Below, in pieces: positions 1 to 10,155 of a stretch of 34,033 bases of DNA (positions within the stretch are counted from its first letter, which is position 1; the number at the start of each line of letters is the position of its first letter). The DNA lies in assembly GCA_043819555.1 (NCBI GenBank), contig JBDREQ010000019.1, positions 1-34,033 of the forward strand, written 5' to 3'. A model generated the notes under the pieces. It was not told the origin of the DNA. It worked only from the letters and a program-made list of their open reading frames with translations, and did no database searches. The stretch is from Candidatus Zixiibacteriota bacterium. GTDB taxonomy: Bacteria > Zixibacteria > MSB-5A5 > GN15 > JAAZOE01. Made by a program: the position numbers and the translations under genes.

Positions 1-73
1 AGCAGCCCGAGGCTGATAATCTGGAAATCTCACACCGCTCTTCAAGGTTAAATTGTTTGTATCTATGTCCCAT
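1..73 (-). CDS. IS30-family transposase, N-terminal fragment (runs off the window edge)
   Basis: Manual translation from the ATG at 73 gives MGHRYKQFNLEERCEISRLSASGC, matching the Y-x-Q-L/F-x-x-EER-x-x-I start of IS30 transposases. It is absent from the ORF track because it is truncated. Confidence 0.75.
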   Translation of the reverse strand, partial: MGHRYKQFNLEERCEISRLSASGC

Positions 74-113
74 AACACCTCTACGAGGTGTTGCACTTCG
101 TTTGTGAACTTAG
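1..113 (-). mobile_element. Left end of an IS30-family insertion sequence (exact terminus approximate)
   Basis: The minus strand reads AGTTCACAAACGAAGTGCAACACC just upstream of the transposase ATG, resembling the AAGTGCAACA-type core of IS30 terminal repeats. The partner repeat is outside the window. Confidence 0.55.
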
Positions 114-168
114 GGGATTGTCATCTGTTTCCTTATTCGGGTAATTCGTAAAAATTCATTAATAATGG

Positions 169-196
169 AAAAAGGCAGGCTTGAAATGGCCTGCTT
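169..196 (-). terminator. Probable intrinsic terminator after the typA-helicase operon
   Basis: AGGCAGGC-N8-GCCTGCTT stem with an A-run on its left (U-tract on the minus strand), about 50 nt past the helicase stop. Confidence 0.55.
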
Positions 197-246
197 AAAT
201 ATTCATAGTGGTTTGTAATTATGAAATTTGGGATGTGAACCGGATA

Positions 247-1779
247 TTACGTACGCTTGGTACTTCTCTTCCGCCTTGGACCTTGACCCACAGATTTCTT
301 TTTAGATGATCGTTTCTTTTTGAAGTTCGACCGGAAAGAATTTTCATTATTGGAATCATTTTGATTTAAATCGGTTGAGCGTGAGTATTTACGTTTTGAT
401 TTCTTTTGCTTTGAATCTTCTCTTTGAAAATCTTTTCTTTCTGATTTAGTTGGCTTCTTGCCCACTTTTTTAAAATCCGATCGTTTTGATAAGCGCTCTT
501 TTGAATGTTTTCGTTTCGACCGTTTTTCTTCTCTTGAATATTCGCTTCCAAAATTCAATTGATCGATTTCTTTTAAAAGGTTCATTTCGGAAGGCAGGGT
601 CGGCCAAACCGAAATCGCCAATTTGGTATTCATGAATCTTTCAAGATTTCTGATCGATCCTTTTTGAGCGATGGTAGCGTAAGAGACGGCGTGGCCGGTT
701 TTTCCCGCACGGCCGGTTCGGCCGATACGGTGAACATAATCTTCTGAAGTAGCTGGCATGTCATAGTTAACCACCAGTTCAATTCCCAAGACATCGATTC
801 CACGGGCCGCAATATCAGTCGCAATAAGAATTTGATATCTTCCCCGCTTAAATCCTTCCAAAGCAAACCGCCTTTGTCCCTGACTTCTATCGGAATGAAT
901 TTGAGCCGCGGTAAAACCCATTTCATTTATTTTGCCGGTCAATTTGCGTGCCGTATGTTTTGTTCGGGTAAAAACAAGAACCGGGCCGGAGCACTGTTTT
1001 AGCTGGACGGCGAGAAGTCGTTTTTTATCCTGATTATTGACGAAAAACATTTCGTGGCTGACCTCTGCAGGGGTAACACCGGAGCGATCAGTTTCGATGC
1101 GTGTCGGATTTTCCATAAGTTTCTCAGCGATGGCTTCAACTTCTTTCGGCATGGTTGCCGAAAACAGCATCGTTTGACGATTATCAGGAATTGATTTCAT
1201 TATTTTCTTAATGTCGGGGATGAATCCCATATCCAGCATCCGGTCAGCTTCATCTAATATAAAAACCCCAACCTCAGAAAGATCGACGGTTTTTCTTTCA
1301 ATATGATCCATAAGTCGTCCGGGGGTGGCAACAATTATCCGGGGATTCTTCCTTAGAGAATCCCGCTGCAAAGAGATCGATGCTCCACCGATTAAAACTG
1401 TCGTATGCATATGTAATGGGCGGCTAAATATTTGGAGTGCTTCATCCACCTGAATTGCCAGCTCGCGAGTCGGAACTAAAACAAGCCCGATGCCACTTTT
1501 CATTTTTGACAAGCGCTGCAACGTAGGAATTCCGTACGCAATAGTCTTGCCTGAGCCTGTTTTGGCAACAACGATTATATCATCGCCTTGAATGGCAGGC
1601 GGTATCGATTCTTTTTGAACAGGAGTCGGATGCTCAAAATTAAGTTTATCGATCTCCCTTACTAAATTTGGGGTAATACCCAAATCAGAAAATTCGTTAC
1701 TGGCTCGTTTAGTCTTTTTCTTACTTCTTCTACTGTGATTATCCAAAGCAGTATCATGTATTCGTTGGTTTAAGTTCAA
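247..1779 (-). CDS. DEAD-box ATP-dependent RNA helicase (RhlE-like) with Lys/Arg-rich C-terminal tail
   Basis: Motifs Q (PTPVQ), AKTGSGKT, PTRELA, TPGRL, DEAD, SAT, ARGID and HRIGRTGR are all present. TTG start. Confidence 0.95.
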   Translation of the reverse strand: MNLNQRIHDTALDNHSRRSKKKTKRASNEFSDLGITPNLVREIDKLNFEHPTPVQKESIPPAIQGDDIIVVAKTGSGKTIAYGIPTLQRLSKMKSGIGLVLVPTRELAIQVDEALQIFSRPLHMHTTVLIGGASISLQRDSLRKNPRIIVATPGRLMDHIERKTVDLSEVGVFILDEADRMLDMGFIPDIKKIMKSIPDNRQTMLFSATMPKEVEAIAEKLMENPTRIETDRSGVTPAEVSHEMFFVNNQDKKRLLAVQLKQCSGPVLVFTRTKHTARKLTGKINEMGFTAAQIHSDRSQGQRRFALEGFKRGRYQILIATDIAARGIDVLGIELVVNYDMPATSEDYVHRIGRTGRAGKTGHAVSYATIAQKGSIRNLERFMNTKLAISVWPTLPSEMNLLKEIDQLNFGSEYSREEKRSKRKHSKERLSKRSDFKKVGKKPTKSERKDFQREDSKQKKSKRKYSRSTDLNQNDSNNENSFRSNFKKKRSSKKKSVGQGPRRKRSTKRT

Positions 1780-1801
1780 TTAATCCTCTTTAAGTGTAAA
1801 A

Positions 1802-3715
1802 TTACACCGATGGGCGTGATTGCATCGCATTGAAGCTATCGTCTAAGGCAGACTGTTTTCGCATATCGCGTTTTCGTTCATCAAAATCCAAAATTGTTTT
1901 TCTTATCCGAATAGATTTTGGAGTTACCTCGACCAGTTCATCGCCTCTGATCCACTCCATTGCCTGCTCCAGCGTCATCTTGCGCGGGACATCAAGCTTG
2001 ATGCCCATATCTTTTGTTGATGAGCGATGGTTGGTCAGGTTTTTCCTTCTGGTTGGATTGCAGGTCATGTCCTTATTTCTTGAATTTTCGCCAACGATCT
2101 GACCGACATAGATTTTTTCCGCCGGTTCAATAAAAATGACCGACCGTTCCTGAAGCCCTTCCAGGGCATAGGCGGTCGTAGATCCTGTTTCAATACTAAT
2201 GACAGAGCCCTTACTTCTTGATTCAATCTCACCTCGCCACGATCCGTAACCGATGAAACGGGATGTCATAATTCCAAGGCCGCGCGTATCGGTCAAAAAC
2301 TCCGACCTGTATCCGAACAAGCCCCGGGTAGGAATTTCATATTCGATACGAATAGTATTTGTTCCGGAAATTTCAACTGTGGTCAATTCGCCTTTGCGTT
2401 TGGCAAGTTTTTCGATAATGATTCCCTGATGTTCTTCGGGAACATCTATAATAAGATGCTCTATCGGTTCCAGGACATTCTCATCGTCATCAAGGCGAGT
2501 GATGACTTTCGGACGGGAAATACAGAATTCAAGCCCTTCACGCCGCATCTCTTCAATTAAGATAGCCAGATGAAGTTCGCCGCGTCCTGAAACTTTCACA
2601 CCATCAGCGCGTCCGACATCTTCCATTCGAAGAGCAACATTTACGCGAAGTTCTTTTGCGAGTCGTTCTTTTAACTGGCGAAGCATAATCGCTTTACCAT
2701 CCTGACCTGAGAATGGCCCGTTATTGACTAAGAAAAACATTGAAAGAGTAGGTTCTTCGATCTCAAGCGGTTTTAATGCTTCTTTGGGATCTTCATTTTT
2801 GGAAAAGGTATCGCCAATGCCAATCTCCGGAGGTCCGGCTAGCCAGACAATATCTCCTGCAGAAATTTCATCAGTTTCAACCCGTGTCAGACCGCGAGTA
2901 ATCCACATGTGGATTCCTTTGACTTTTGAAGCAGAATCAAACTCCCAGTTTTTATCTTGAGATAATGGATCTTTCAGCTTTGTTACCAGGCGAGTAAACT
3001 CTTCACCTTTTTTTAATGTACCTCGGAGAACTCGTCCGCAAGCAATTTGGCCAATATAGGCATTCCAATCAAGTGAACTGACCTGCATCAGAAAATCGCC
3101 ATCCTGATTGACTGGAGGAGGAGGAACTTCGTCAATGATTGTCTGAAAGAGAGATTCCATTCCTTTGGGTTCGTCTTTGTCCAAATCATTGACAAACCAT
3201 CCGTCCAGACCGGAACCATAGAGTACGGGGAAATGAGCCTGTTCATCAGTGGCGCCCAATTCTATAAACAGGTCAAATGTTTTATTTAGGGCATAATCCG
3301 GACGGGCATTGGGGCGATCGACTTTGTTGATAATAACAATCGGGCGAAGTCCGAGCCTTAAGGCACGCATCAGCACATATCGGGTCTGGGGCATCGGCCC
3401 TTCGTTGGCATCAACTAATAGCAGAACCGAGTCGACCATTGAAAGGACTCGTTCTACTTCTCCTGAGAAATCAGCATGACCGGGAGTATCTATAATATTT
3501 ATCAGGTAATCGTTCCACAATACGGTGCAGTGTTTTGAACGAATAGTTATACCGCGTTCGCGTTCTAATTCATTGTTGTCCATGAGCCGTTCGACTACTT
3601 CCTGATTCTTGCGGAAAGTCTGTGTCTCTTTAAATACAGAATCTATAAGTGTTGTTTTGCCGTGATCAATATGGGCAACAATAGCAAGATTCCGGATACG
3701 AGCGATATCATTCAT
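1802..3715 (-). CDS. typA: Translational GTPase TypA/BipA
   Basis: [37 protein letters not shown] and the BipA C-terminal motif [14 protein letters not shown]. Confidence 0.97.
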   Translation of the reverse strand: MNDIARIRNLAIVAHIDHGKTTLIDSVFKETQTFRKNQEVVERLMDNNELERERGITIRSKHCTVLWNDYLINIIDTPGHADFSGEVERVLSMVDSVLLLVDANEGPMPQTRYVLMRALRLGLRPIVIINKVDRPNARPDYALNKTFDLFIELGATDEQAHFPVLYGSGLDGWFVNDLDKDEPKGMESLFQTIIDEVPPPPVNQDGDFLMQVSSLDWNAYIGQIACGRVLRGTLKKGEEFTRLVTKLKDPLSQDKNWEFDSASKVKGIHMWITRGLTRVETDEISAGDIVWLAGPPEIGIGDTFSKNEDPKEALKPLEIEEPTLSMFFLVNNGPFSGQDGKAIMLRQLKERLAKELRVNVALRMEDVGRADGVKVSGRGELHLAILIEEMRREGLEFCISRPKVITRLDDDENVLEPIEHLIIDVPEEHQGIIIEKLAKRKGELTTVEISGTNTIRIEYEIPTRGLFGYRSEFLTDTRGLGIMTSRFIGYGSWRGEIESRSKGSVISIETGSTTAYALEGLQERSVIFIEPAEKIYVGQIVGENSRNKDMTCNPTRRKNLTNHRSSTKDMGIKLDVPRKMTLEQAMEWIRGDELVEVTPKSIRIRKTILDFDERKRDMRKQSALDDSFNAMQSRPSV

Positions 3716-3911
3716 TAATCATTACACCTTTTCAAGGGCTGAAATATCAGCCAAATCACTTCCTTCAATAAAATCTACCGATTAAACTTTTAGGGAATAA
3801 TCACGCAGAATAATCCGAACAGATATTTGACTGTCCGCAAAATCATAACAGCCTGATAAGTATATAGTTCAATCTTATTTTGTCAAGGCTTATTTTACTT
3901 TGGCCAACCCG

Positions 3912-3980
3912 CAAAAAAACCTCCTCTTTCGATAAGATTCAAGTTTATGGCGGGCTCTTACTAACGGCTTTGGAATTTTC
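3912..3980 (+). repeat. Dispersed att-like motif, family A copy 1
   Basis: A CAAAAAA(A)CCTCCTCTT-x-CGA leader is shared with 20459. The TGGCGGG core (3948) aligns without gaps to the other family A copies. Confidence 0.6.
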
Positions 3981-4105
3981 CTGATCGCAGAGTTCTAATA
4001 AGCAGGTTGGTGGAATTAGCCGACGTTGATAAAAGGTATGCAAATAAGCCACGACATATGAACTCAAGTAAATTGCAGGGTGCGGCCGGAGTAAAAGATC
4101 GCTAA

Positions 4106-4522
4106 TTAGTCAGATGATACGACTGAAAAGGTCGAAACTGGTTCCACGCCATGGGCAGCCCAGGCGATCGCCTGCTCTTCCCAATTGTCAACTTTAGATG
4201 CGTCGATGCGCCGTTCATAGCTGTTCGTTTCTGAGGCAAAAGACAACTGAGTGGCTTGAGCCTTGATAACCGGTGAACGCACGATGACGGCCCTCCGTTG
4301 CAAGCCGTGTTTTTTCGTTAATTGTTCAACATGGCGCAGCAACATCAGAATCTCCGGCCCGGCCGGAATCCATGCCTGTAAATCAACAACTGATGACCAT
4401 GGCTGTTTCTGAGATGACAGAATAGTCTTTACCTCTGATTTAAATCGTAATGCCTCGGCTTCGCTCATCACGCCTGAAAACGTAGTATGATAACCGTAGT
4501 ACGTCTCTTCAATCTTATACAT
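4106..4522 (-). CDS. Hypothetical protein (138 aa, possibly STAS/SpoIIAA-like fold)
   Basis: ATG at 4522 with a GGAGA RBS at 4531-4535. The longer ORF-track start overlaps the next gene. The fold guess rests on the VVDL...RRAVIV...AIAW pattern only. Confidence 0.6.
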   Translation of the reverse strand: MYKIEETYYGYHTTFSGVMSEAEALRFKSEVKTILSSQKQPWSSVVDLQAWIPAGPEILMLLRHVEQLTKKHGLQRRAVIVRSPVIKAQATQLSFASETNSYERRIDASKVDNWEEQAIAWAAHGVEPVSTFSVVSSD

Positions 4523-4616
4523 ATTCAATTTCTCCAATTCGGATCTTCTATAATACTTCTTCGGCCCTAATTGGAAAATCTTGAAATCCTTATCCTGGCC
4601 AAAAGCTAAAATAATT

Positions 4617-5126
4617 CTATTTGGTCGCTGTTCCATCAGAGTTGAATATATCAAGAGCAATCTTCCATTCCCCGTTTTCACGAGTCCAAACGACAACATA
4701 TTTGCCATTTTCTACAGAGCCATCGGCGTTTTTAACCTTTACAATTCCGTAATCATAGGCCATATCATTTGAAGCAGATACGAAGGCGGTTGTGGATTCC
4801 CACGAGATTTCAATCTCTTTAGTACTTATTATTCCTTCCCACGCTGCCTTCAATGCTTCTTTCCCTTGAATCATTTCCGCGCCGGCCGGAAATTGAATTG
4901 CGTCAGCGGCGTGTAAATTCATGATCCAATTAAGATCGCCTTCAGCTAACTTATCCGACCACATATTCGCAAGAACCATGATCTTATCTGATTCGGCTAC
5001 GATTTTTTCCGAGTTTTCATTATGGGCCATTATGATTACATTGTTAAGAGCAGTCAATGAAAGGAGGACTGCCACCGTAATGGCTATTAGGGTGAACGGT
5101 CTATGGGGCTTTAGAAATATCATCAT
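4617..5126 (-). CDS. NTF2-like (DUF4440/YybH/SnoaL-type) protein with N-terminal signal or anchor
   Basis: ADAIQFP...IQGKEA...DMAYDYG...GKYVVVWTRENGEWKIALDIFN pattern; GGAGT RBS at 5131-5135. Confidence 0.85.
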   Translation of the reverse strand: MMIFLKPHRPFTLIAITVAVLLSLTALNNVIIMAHNENSEKIVAESDKIMVLANMWSDKLAEGDLNWIMNLHAADAIQFPAGAEMIQGKEALKAAWEGIISTKEIEISWESTTAFVSASNDMAYDYGIVKVKNADGSVENGKYVVVWTRENGEWKIALDIFNSDGTATK

Positions 5127-5490
5127 AAAAACTCCATTGCAATTTTTGTTATTCCTCATAAGATTCTAATATCAAACGGTTAGATATGAATTCTTAATAT
5201 GGATAGAATTCCTTCGATAAGCAAGAGTGTATTTGTTATTCGATTATCTCGAAGCAATGGCAGGGATGAGAGAGCTCGATGGATGCCAATACGTGAAGCA
5301 GAGAAGTTCAATTTATTGCGGAGTTGTGATATAAAAAAGGCGGGCATCATTCAACGGATTTTGTTACTTACTACAAATTGCCTTTACACATATAGCCCAA
5401 ATATCATTCTCGGAAAACACTTGTTGAATTCAGGATTCCAATGCGGTTGTTCTTTGAGGTAATTAGTGAAAACCGTTGTAAAGTATAAGA

Positions 5491-6183
5491 TTAAATGTCT
5501 AACCCGGCCAAAAATATCAATGAATAGTATATACCGATGAGTATGAAGGCCACTGCCGTTAACCGCCGTGCCCATTTTTCGAAAACCCTGATCTTATTGA
5601 ACAAAGATCCTACATATCTGGCTCCAAGAGCAATTAACACAGCAAATACAACAACAGGCAAGGCAGTACCGATTCCATAAACGGTCGGCATGACAATTGA
5701 TGACTGGTGATCAATGGCGAGAGGGATGAGACTGCCGAAGAAAAGCGCTGCGGATATCGGGCAAAAAGACAATGAAAATAGTAGCCCAAGTGCGCCTGCT
5801 CCCCAGATACCCCGCCTTTCGATTCGAGTGGTAAGTTTTTCGCTAACCCCAAAACCGGGCAGTTTGAGATTAAAGATGCCCAATAAAAGCACTCCCACTA
5901 CGATCAGGATCGGACCGAGGGCCTTGTTCATATTTTGTTGGAGAAACATGGCAATTTCGGGAATGGACAAGACACTCATCACCACCATCACTCCAAGCAC
6001 AATATACGTCACCATACGGCCGACTGTGTACATGAGGCCTGACAACAACACCATGCCAGGCCTATCAACCCGTTTACCAATGTAACTGATCGCGGCGATA
6101 TTAGTGGCCAAAGGGCATGGCGATATTGAAGTAAGAATTCCCAGCCAGACAGCGGAACCCAAAGCAAGGAAATAGCTGTCCAT
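5491..6183 (-). CDS. CcdA/DsbD-like membrane protein, ArsG-type family
   Basis: About 6 TM segments with paired Cys motifs SPCPLATNIAAISY and LSFCP; last gene of the ars-type operon. Confidence 0.8.
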   Translation of the reverse strand: MDSYFLALGSAVWLGILTSISPCPLATNIAAISYIGKRVDRPGMVLLSGLMYTVGRMVTYIVLGVMVVMSVLSIPEIAMFLQQNMNKALGPILIVVGVLLLGIFNLKLPGFGVSEKLTTRIERRGIWGAGALGLLFSLSFCPISAALFFGSLIPLAIDHQSSIVMPTVYGIGTALPVVVFAVLIALGARYVGSLFNKIRVFEKWARRLTAVAFILIGIYYSLIFLAGLDI

Positions 6184-6184
6184 G

Positions 6185-6670
6185 CTACTCTTCTTCTTCG
6201 TGATTCTTGAACTTCTGCACTTCCATCTGAACGTAAGCTATAAACTTCTCCTTGTTTCCAACCAATTGCCAAATTTTATCCAGGTTCTTCCACTCTGTTT
6301 CCCTGCCACCATTCTGTCTTGATAGGATCAACGACTGGCTATACAGTTGATAATCTTTGGCAAAATGCTCGTTGCCCTTTTGTTCGAAGTTCTCGACTTG
6401 CCAAATAACGCTGCTGTCTTTCAACTGCTCGGGAAATCCGGATAATATCGCTTCCTGAGAATATGATTCCAGCTTCCCACATGTCATACATCGTCTATTC
6501 ATATGAAGATAATAGACAACGATCCGATCTGATTCCTGAGACTTTTTTGCTGTGGCTTCCTTCGCTTCGGTGGCGTCTGCCGGCTGAACCGCTGGAGAAT
6601 CTTCGGCGATTATGGCTGCAGTTGATAAAAGCAGCATCAGGCCGACTGCAATAATAGTAACTTTCTTCAT
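6185..6670 (-). CDS. Exported thioredoxin-fold CxxC protein, ArsF-type family
   Basis: Signal peptide MKKVTIIAVGLMLLLSTAAIIA; VYYLHMNRRCMTC motif; WKNLDKIW near the C-terminus. Confidence 0.75.
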   Translation of the reverse strand: MKKVTIIAVGLMLLLSTAAIIAEDSPAVQPADATEAKEATAKKSQESDRIVVYYLHMNRRCMTCGKLESYSQEAILSGFPEQLKDSSVIWQVENFEQKGNEHFAKDYQLYSQSLILSRQNGGRETEWKNLDKIWQLVGNKEKFIAYVQMEVQKFKNHEEEE

Positions 6671-6698
6671 TTTTACCTCTCATCGTTCTACTATTTTA

Positions 6699-6932
6699 TT
6701 AACTAATCATCAGCTTGATATCATCCAGCGAGGGTACTTTACCGGTCACTTTAACTTGACCATCGACAACAAGTGCCGGTGTCATCATTACGCCGTAGCT
6801 AATTATCCGCTGGATATCAGTGATTTTTTCGACAGAACATTCCAATCCGAGTTCCTGAACAGCAAGCTCTGTCTGCTTCATCAACTCCTGACACTTTGGA
6901 CACCCGGGGCCGAGCACTTTTACTTCTTTCAT
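6699..6932 (-). CDS. Small redox-active disulfide protein (MTH895/ArsE-type thioredoxin family)
   Basis: MKEVKVLGPGCPKC...YGVMMTPALVVDG; start at 6932 behind a GGAGA RBS. Confidence 0.9.
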   Translation of the reverse strand: MKEVKVLGPGCPKCQELMKQTELAVQELGLECSVEKITDIQRIISYGVMMTPALVVDGQVKVTGKVPSLDDIKLMIS

Positions 6933-6948
6933 CAATATTCTCCTTCTA

Positions 6949-8244
6949 TTATAATGCTCCATAGATAATTCCGGTAATGGTTGCCATAACTATTACCAAC
7001 GACACAAAGACAAATGTTTTCTTCGTACCCATGACTGATCTTATAACCAGCATGTTTGGAAGTGATAAGGCCGGTCCGGCCAGCAACAAGGCCAATGCTG
7101 GACCTTTGCCCATACCATTGCCAACCAGCCCCCGGATGATTGGAACTTCAGTAAGAGTGGCAAAGTACATAAACGCTCCAACCACCGAAGCAAACAGATT
7201 CGAAGTGAGCGAATTTCCTCCAACTAAACTGCTGATCCACTCTGACGGAATCAATCCCTCCTGACCCTGTCTCCCCAACAAAAGCCCTGCAACCAGAACA
7301 CCAGTGAACAGAAGTGGCAGGATCTTCTTGGCAAAATCCCAGGTCTGAGAAAACCATTCGGCAGATTCATCTTTGCGACAACTCAATATCAATGAAAGCC
7401 CAATAACTCCAGCAGAAAACGCCAGAAGCGGTTCGTGGGGGAAAAGCAACGCAACGGCTGCCGTAATGAGGCCGGTGAGCATGACCTGAATTTTGGACAG
7501 CTTGAACCAGAAAATGAGGATCACGCCAAGCCCAATTGAAGTGATACTGGTAATTATCCATTTATATGAGTAAATAAGAAACCATACACTGTACGTATCC
7601 TCCGGCTGGCCCCAGTTAGCAAATACCAGAATCGCAGTCATCGCAGCGAAATAAACTCCATTTTGCCAGAGTGGCCGAGTAACATCCGATTCCGGCATAG
7701 CCATTTGAGTATTGACCTTTTTCATTTCATCTTTGCGATAGATCAGGTGCATCAGCAATCCGATAACCACGCTAAAGACGATAGCGCCAATGGCTCTCGC
7801 TATGCCCAACTCAAGGCCAAGAATACGAGCGGTAAGCACAATGGCAAGGACATTGATTGCCGGACCAGAATAAAGAAAGGCGGTGGCCGGTCCCAGACCG
7901 GCTCCCATGCGATAAATACCTGCAAAAAGAGGTAGCACTGTACATGAACAAACGGCCAGGATCAGTCCGGATACCGACGCCACACCGTAGGAAAGTACTT
8001 TATTTGCCCTGGCTCCGAGGTATTTCATCACCGATGCCTGGCTAACAAATACTGCCATTGCTCCAGCGATGAAGAACGCCGGTATCAGACATAATATGAC
8101 ATGCTCCTGCGCATACCACTTGGCTAATGCCAGGGCTTCGATCACGGCGCCCTTCATCCGAGGACTATCTATGGGGAGGTAAAATAAAACCAGGAAAACC
8201 GAGACTATCCACGTTAACGGTTTCCATTCGGCCTTCCAATTCAA
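6949..8244 (-). CDS. arsP: ArsP/DUF318-family permease
   Basis: Polytopic membrane protein with AVCSCTVLP, FLYSGPAIN, YFATLTEVP and LLAGPALSLP motifs; TTG start with a GAGGAG RBS. Confidence 0.85.
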   Translation of the reverse strand: MNWKAEWKPLTWIVSVFLVLFYLPIDSPRMKGAVIEALALAKWYAQEHVILCLIPAFFIAGAMAVFVSQASVMKYLGARANKVLSYGVASVSGLILAVCSCTVLPLFAGIYRMGAGLGPATAFLYSGPAINVLAIVLTARILGLELGIARAIGAIVFSVVIGLLMHLIYRKDEMKKVNTQMAMPESDVTRPLWQNGVYFAAMTAILVFANWGQPEDTYSVWFLIYSYKWIITSITSIGLGVILIFWFKLSKIQVMLTGLITAAVALLFPHEPLLAFSAGVIGLSLILSCRKDESAEWFSQTWDFAKKILPLLFTGVLVAGLLLGRQGQEGLIPSEWISSLVGGNSLTSNLFASVVGAFMYFATLTEVPIIRGLVGNGMGKGPALALLLAGPALSLPNMLVIRSVMGTKKTFVFVSLVIVMATITGIIYGAL

Positions 8245-8320
8245 TTGACCTACTCCTCATTGTGGACTGACATCATCCAAGATGATTGACAAAACAGCCA
8301 CATACCGCTGCCAGAAAATT

Positions 8321-8653
8321 CTAACGGGCTGCAACCTTTCGAGCTTCCCTAACGTTTGCTCTAAGAACATCCTCAACACAGCCAAAGAATTTCAAAATGC
8401 AGGGCATTCTAAGATTGTACCAGACCTGTAGCCCCCGTTTCTCATCTTCAACGATCCCAGCTTGCTTTAATACCGATAAATGTTTTGAGACGGTCGAGAT
8501 ATCGACTCCGATCATATCTCGGAGTTCACAAACGCACCGTTCACCCTTTGAGAGTTCATCGACAATGAACAGCCTGGTAGGATGCGCCATGGCCTTGATG
8601 ATCTGTGCTCGGGCTTCGTATTTCTGTTTAGTTCTGCTATCCATACTCATCAT
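8321..8653 (-). CDS. arsR: ArsR/SmtB-family metalloregulatory repressor
   Basis: KAMAHPTRL...ERCVCEL...STVSKHLSVLK; CVC metalloid-binding motif plus two C-terminal Cys. The start could be 8653, 8650 or 8644. Confidence 0.9.
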   Translation of the reverse strand: MMSMDSRTKQKYEARAQIIKAMAHPTRLFIVDELSKGERCVCELRDMIGVDISTVSKHLSVLKQAGIVEDEKRGLQVWYNLRMPCILKFFGCVEDVLRANVREARKVAAR

Positions 8654-8673
8654 TATACCTTTATCCGCTTTGT

Positions 8674-8709
8674 TAGTTGGCAAAATAACCAAATACTATA
8701 AAATGTCAA
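8674..8709 (-). promoter_or_regulatory. Putative arsR promoter with overlapping ArsR operator
   Basis: Minus-strand TTGACA (8709-8704), 16-nt spacer, then TATTTT (8687-8682). An imperfect inverted repeat TAGTTGG-N8-CCAAATA (8674-8695) covers the -10 box. Confidence 0.55.
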
Positions 8710-9027
8710 TAGGAAGTTTTCTGAGAATGAGATTTAGTTTGGATATATGTGGCAACCGACTCGCAGTCAAAAGAATATAAAAAACGCGAACTTCGAGACG
8801 AGTTCATCAACGGGGTTAAAGGAATTTCATCGGCGTAAGAAAAAAAACTATCGTAAAATGTGAATGACCGGGGAAGAAAGTTCTGCAAATAGTTGGTGTG
8901 TATAAAGAAATGTTTTATATTCACTGCCAAAGAGATGGTTTGGCAAATATGACTGTGCCATTAATGTTTAGATAACATATGATTTGTTACGGGGAAAATA
9001 TGAAATGAAAAGAAAGGGAACGACTAT

Positions 9028-10146
9028 ATGATTAAAGCGGATAAATCTGTCGTAATGATAGCGGCAGTGGTCTGTTTTTCCGGTTCGGCTATGGCTGGGA
9101 ATTGGTATGACGATGTTAAAGTGAAAGGCGACCTGCGGTATCGCCACGAAATGATTAAGGATGGAAAAAACGTTGCCCGGCACAGGCAACGGATTAGAGC
9201 CAGATTTGGCATTTATGCCAAGGCAAACGAGATGTTTGATATAGGTATTCAACTTGCGACCGGTTCGTCTGACCCGGTTTCTACCAATCAAACCTTGGAT
9301 GGAGCTTTTTCGACCAAAAGCATAGGTCTTGATATGGCCTATTTCGATTTTAATCATGAAAAAGCGCCGGCGCTGACAGTTACCGCCGGCAAATTCAAAA
9401 ATCCTTTCTTCAAAGCGGGCAGTTCCGAGCTGATTTGGGACTCCGATTGGAATCCTGAAGGCGGCGCGGTTAAAATTAATAAATCCGATGATAATTACGA
9501 AATAAATCTCATCGGGGCCGGTTTGTGGATTGAGGAACGGTCATCGTCGGATGATTCATATATAGCCGTCGGACAGGGCATGGCCAAATTCAAATTCAAC
9601 GAGAAAAAATCAAGTGTGGCTTTTGGCGTCGGTTTCTTCAATTATGCCAATACCCAGGGATTTGGGTTTTTCTTTGACGATGAAAATCCGATGGGTAATT
9701 CCCATGTTGACGTTGTTAACGGCGGTGATACAACCAGTGTTTACGCAAATGACTATGATCTGATCGAACTGTCCATCGAGGCCTCGCACAAATTTGAATC
9801 AACTCCGGTTACTGTAATGGGAGATTATGTAAAAAACTCAGCGGCAGATAGTCTCGATACCGGCTGGTTGGTCGGATTACTGGTTGGCAAAACCAAAGAT
9901 GCCGGTTCTTGGGATTTTCGATATATCTATCGCGAAGTTAAAAAAGATGCCGTATTAGGTATGTTTACCGATTCTGACTTCCGCGGCGGCGGTACTGATG
10001 CTAAAGGCCATGAAATTGGCGGAAGCTGCCAATTGGCTTCCAATGCCACTTTCAGCGTTTCATATTTAATTAGTGAAACCGGCCTTGAATCAACCGAACT
10101 GGTAGATTACAAAAAACTGCAGGTTGACCTGCAATTGAAATTTTAG
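9028..10146 (+). CDS. Putative outer-membrane porin (phosphate-operon-associated beta-barrel)
   Basis: Signal peptide, GDLRYRHE, RQRIRAR, DPVSTNQTL, LIWDSDWNPEG and a terminal Phe (QVDLQLKF); first gene of the pst operon. Confidence 0.85.
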   Translation: MIKADKSVVMIAAVVCFSGSAMAGNWYDDVKVKGDLRYRHEMIKDGKNVARHRQRIRARFGIYAKANEMFDIGIQLATGSSDPVSTNQTLDGAFSTKSIGLDMAYFDFNHEKAPALTVTAGKFKNPFFKAGSSELIWDSDWNPEGGAVKINKSDDNYEINLIGAGLWIEERSSSDDSYIAVGQGMAKFKFNEKKSSVAFGVGFFNYANTQGFGFFFDDENPMGNSHVDVVNGGDTTSVYANDYDLIELSIEASHKFESTPVTVMGDYVKNSAADSLDTGWLVGLLVGKTKDAGSWDFRYIYREVKKDAVLGMFTDSDFRGGGTDAKGHEIGGSCQLASNATFSVSYLISETGLESTELVDYKKLQVDLQLKF

Positions 10147-10155
10147 GAAGCCACA

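Noticed and set aside
4523..4708. ORF-track N-terminal extension of the 4106 ORF
   Set aside because: It overlaps the NTF2-like gene; the RBS supports the ATG at 4522.
8940..9027. Pho box or sigma-54 promoter upstream of the porin-pst operon
   Set aside because: There is no convincing 11-bp-period TGTCA direct repeat, and TGGCA at 8941 lacks GC at the -12 spacing.
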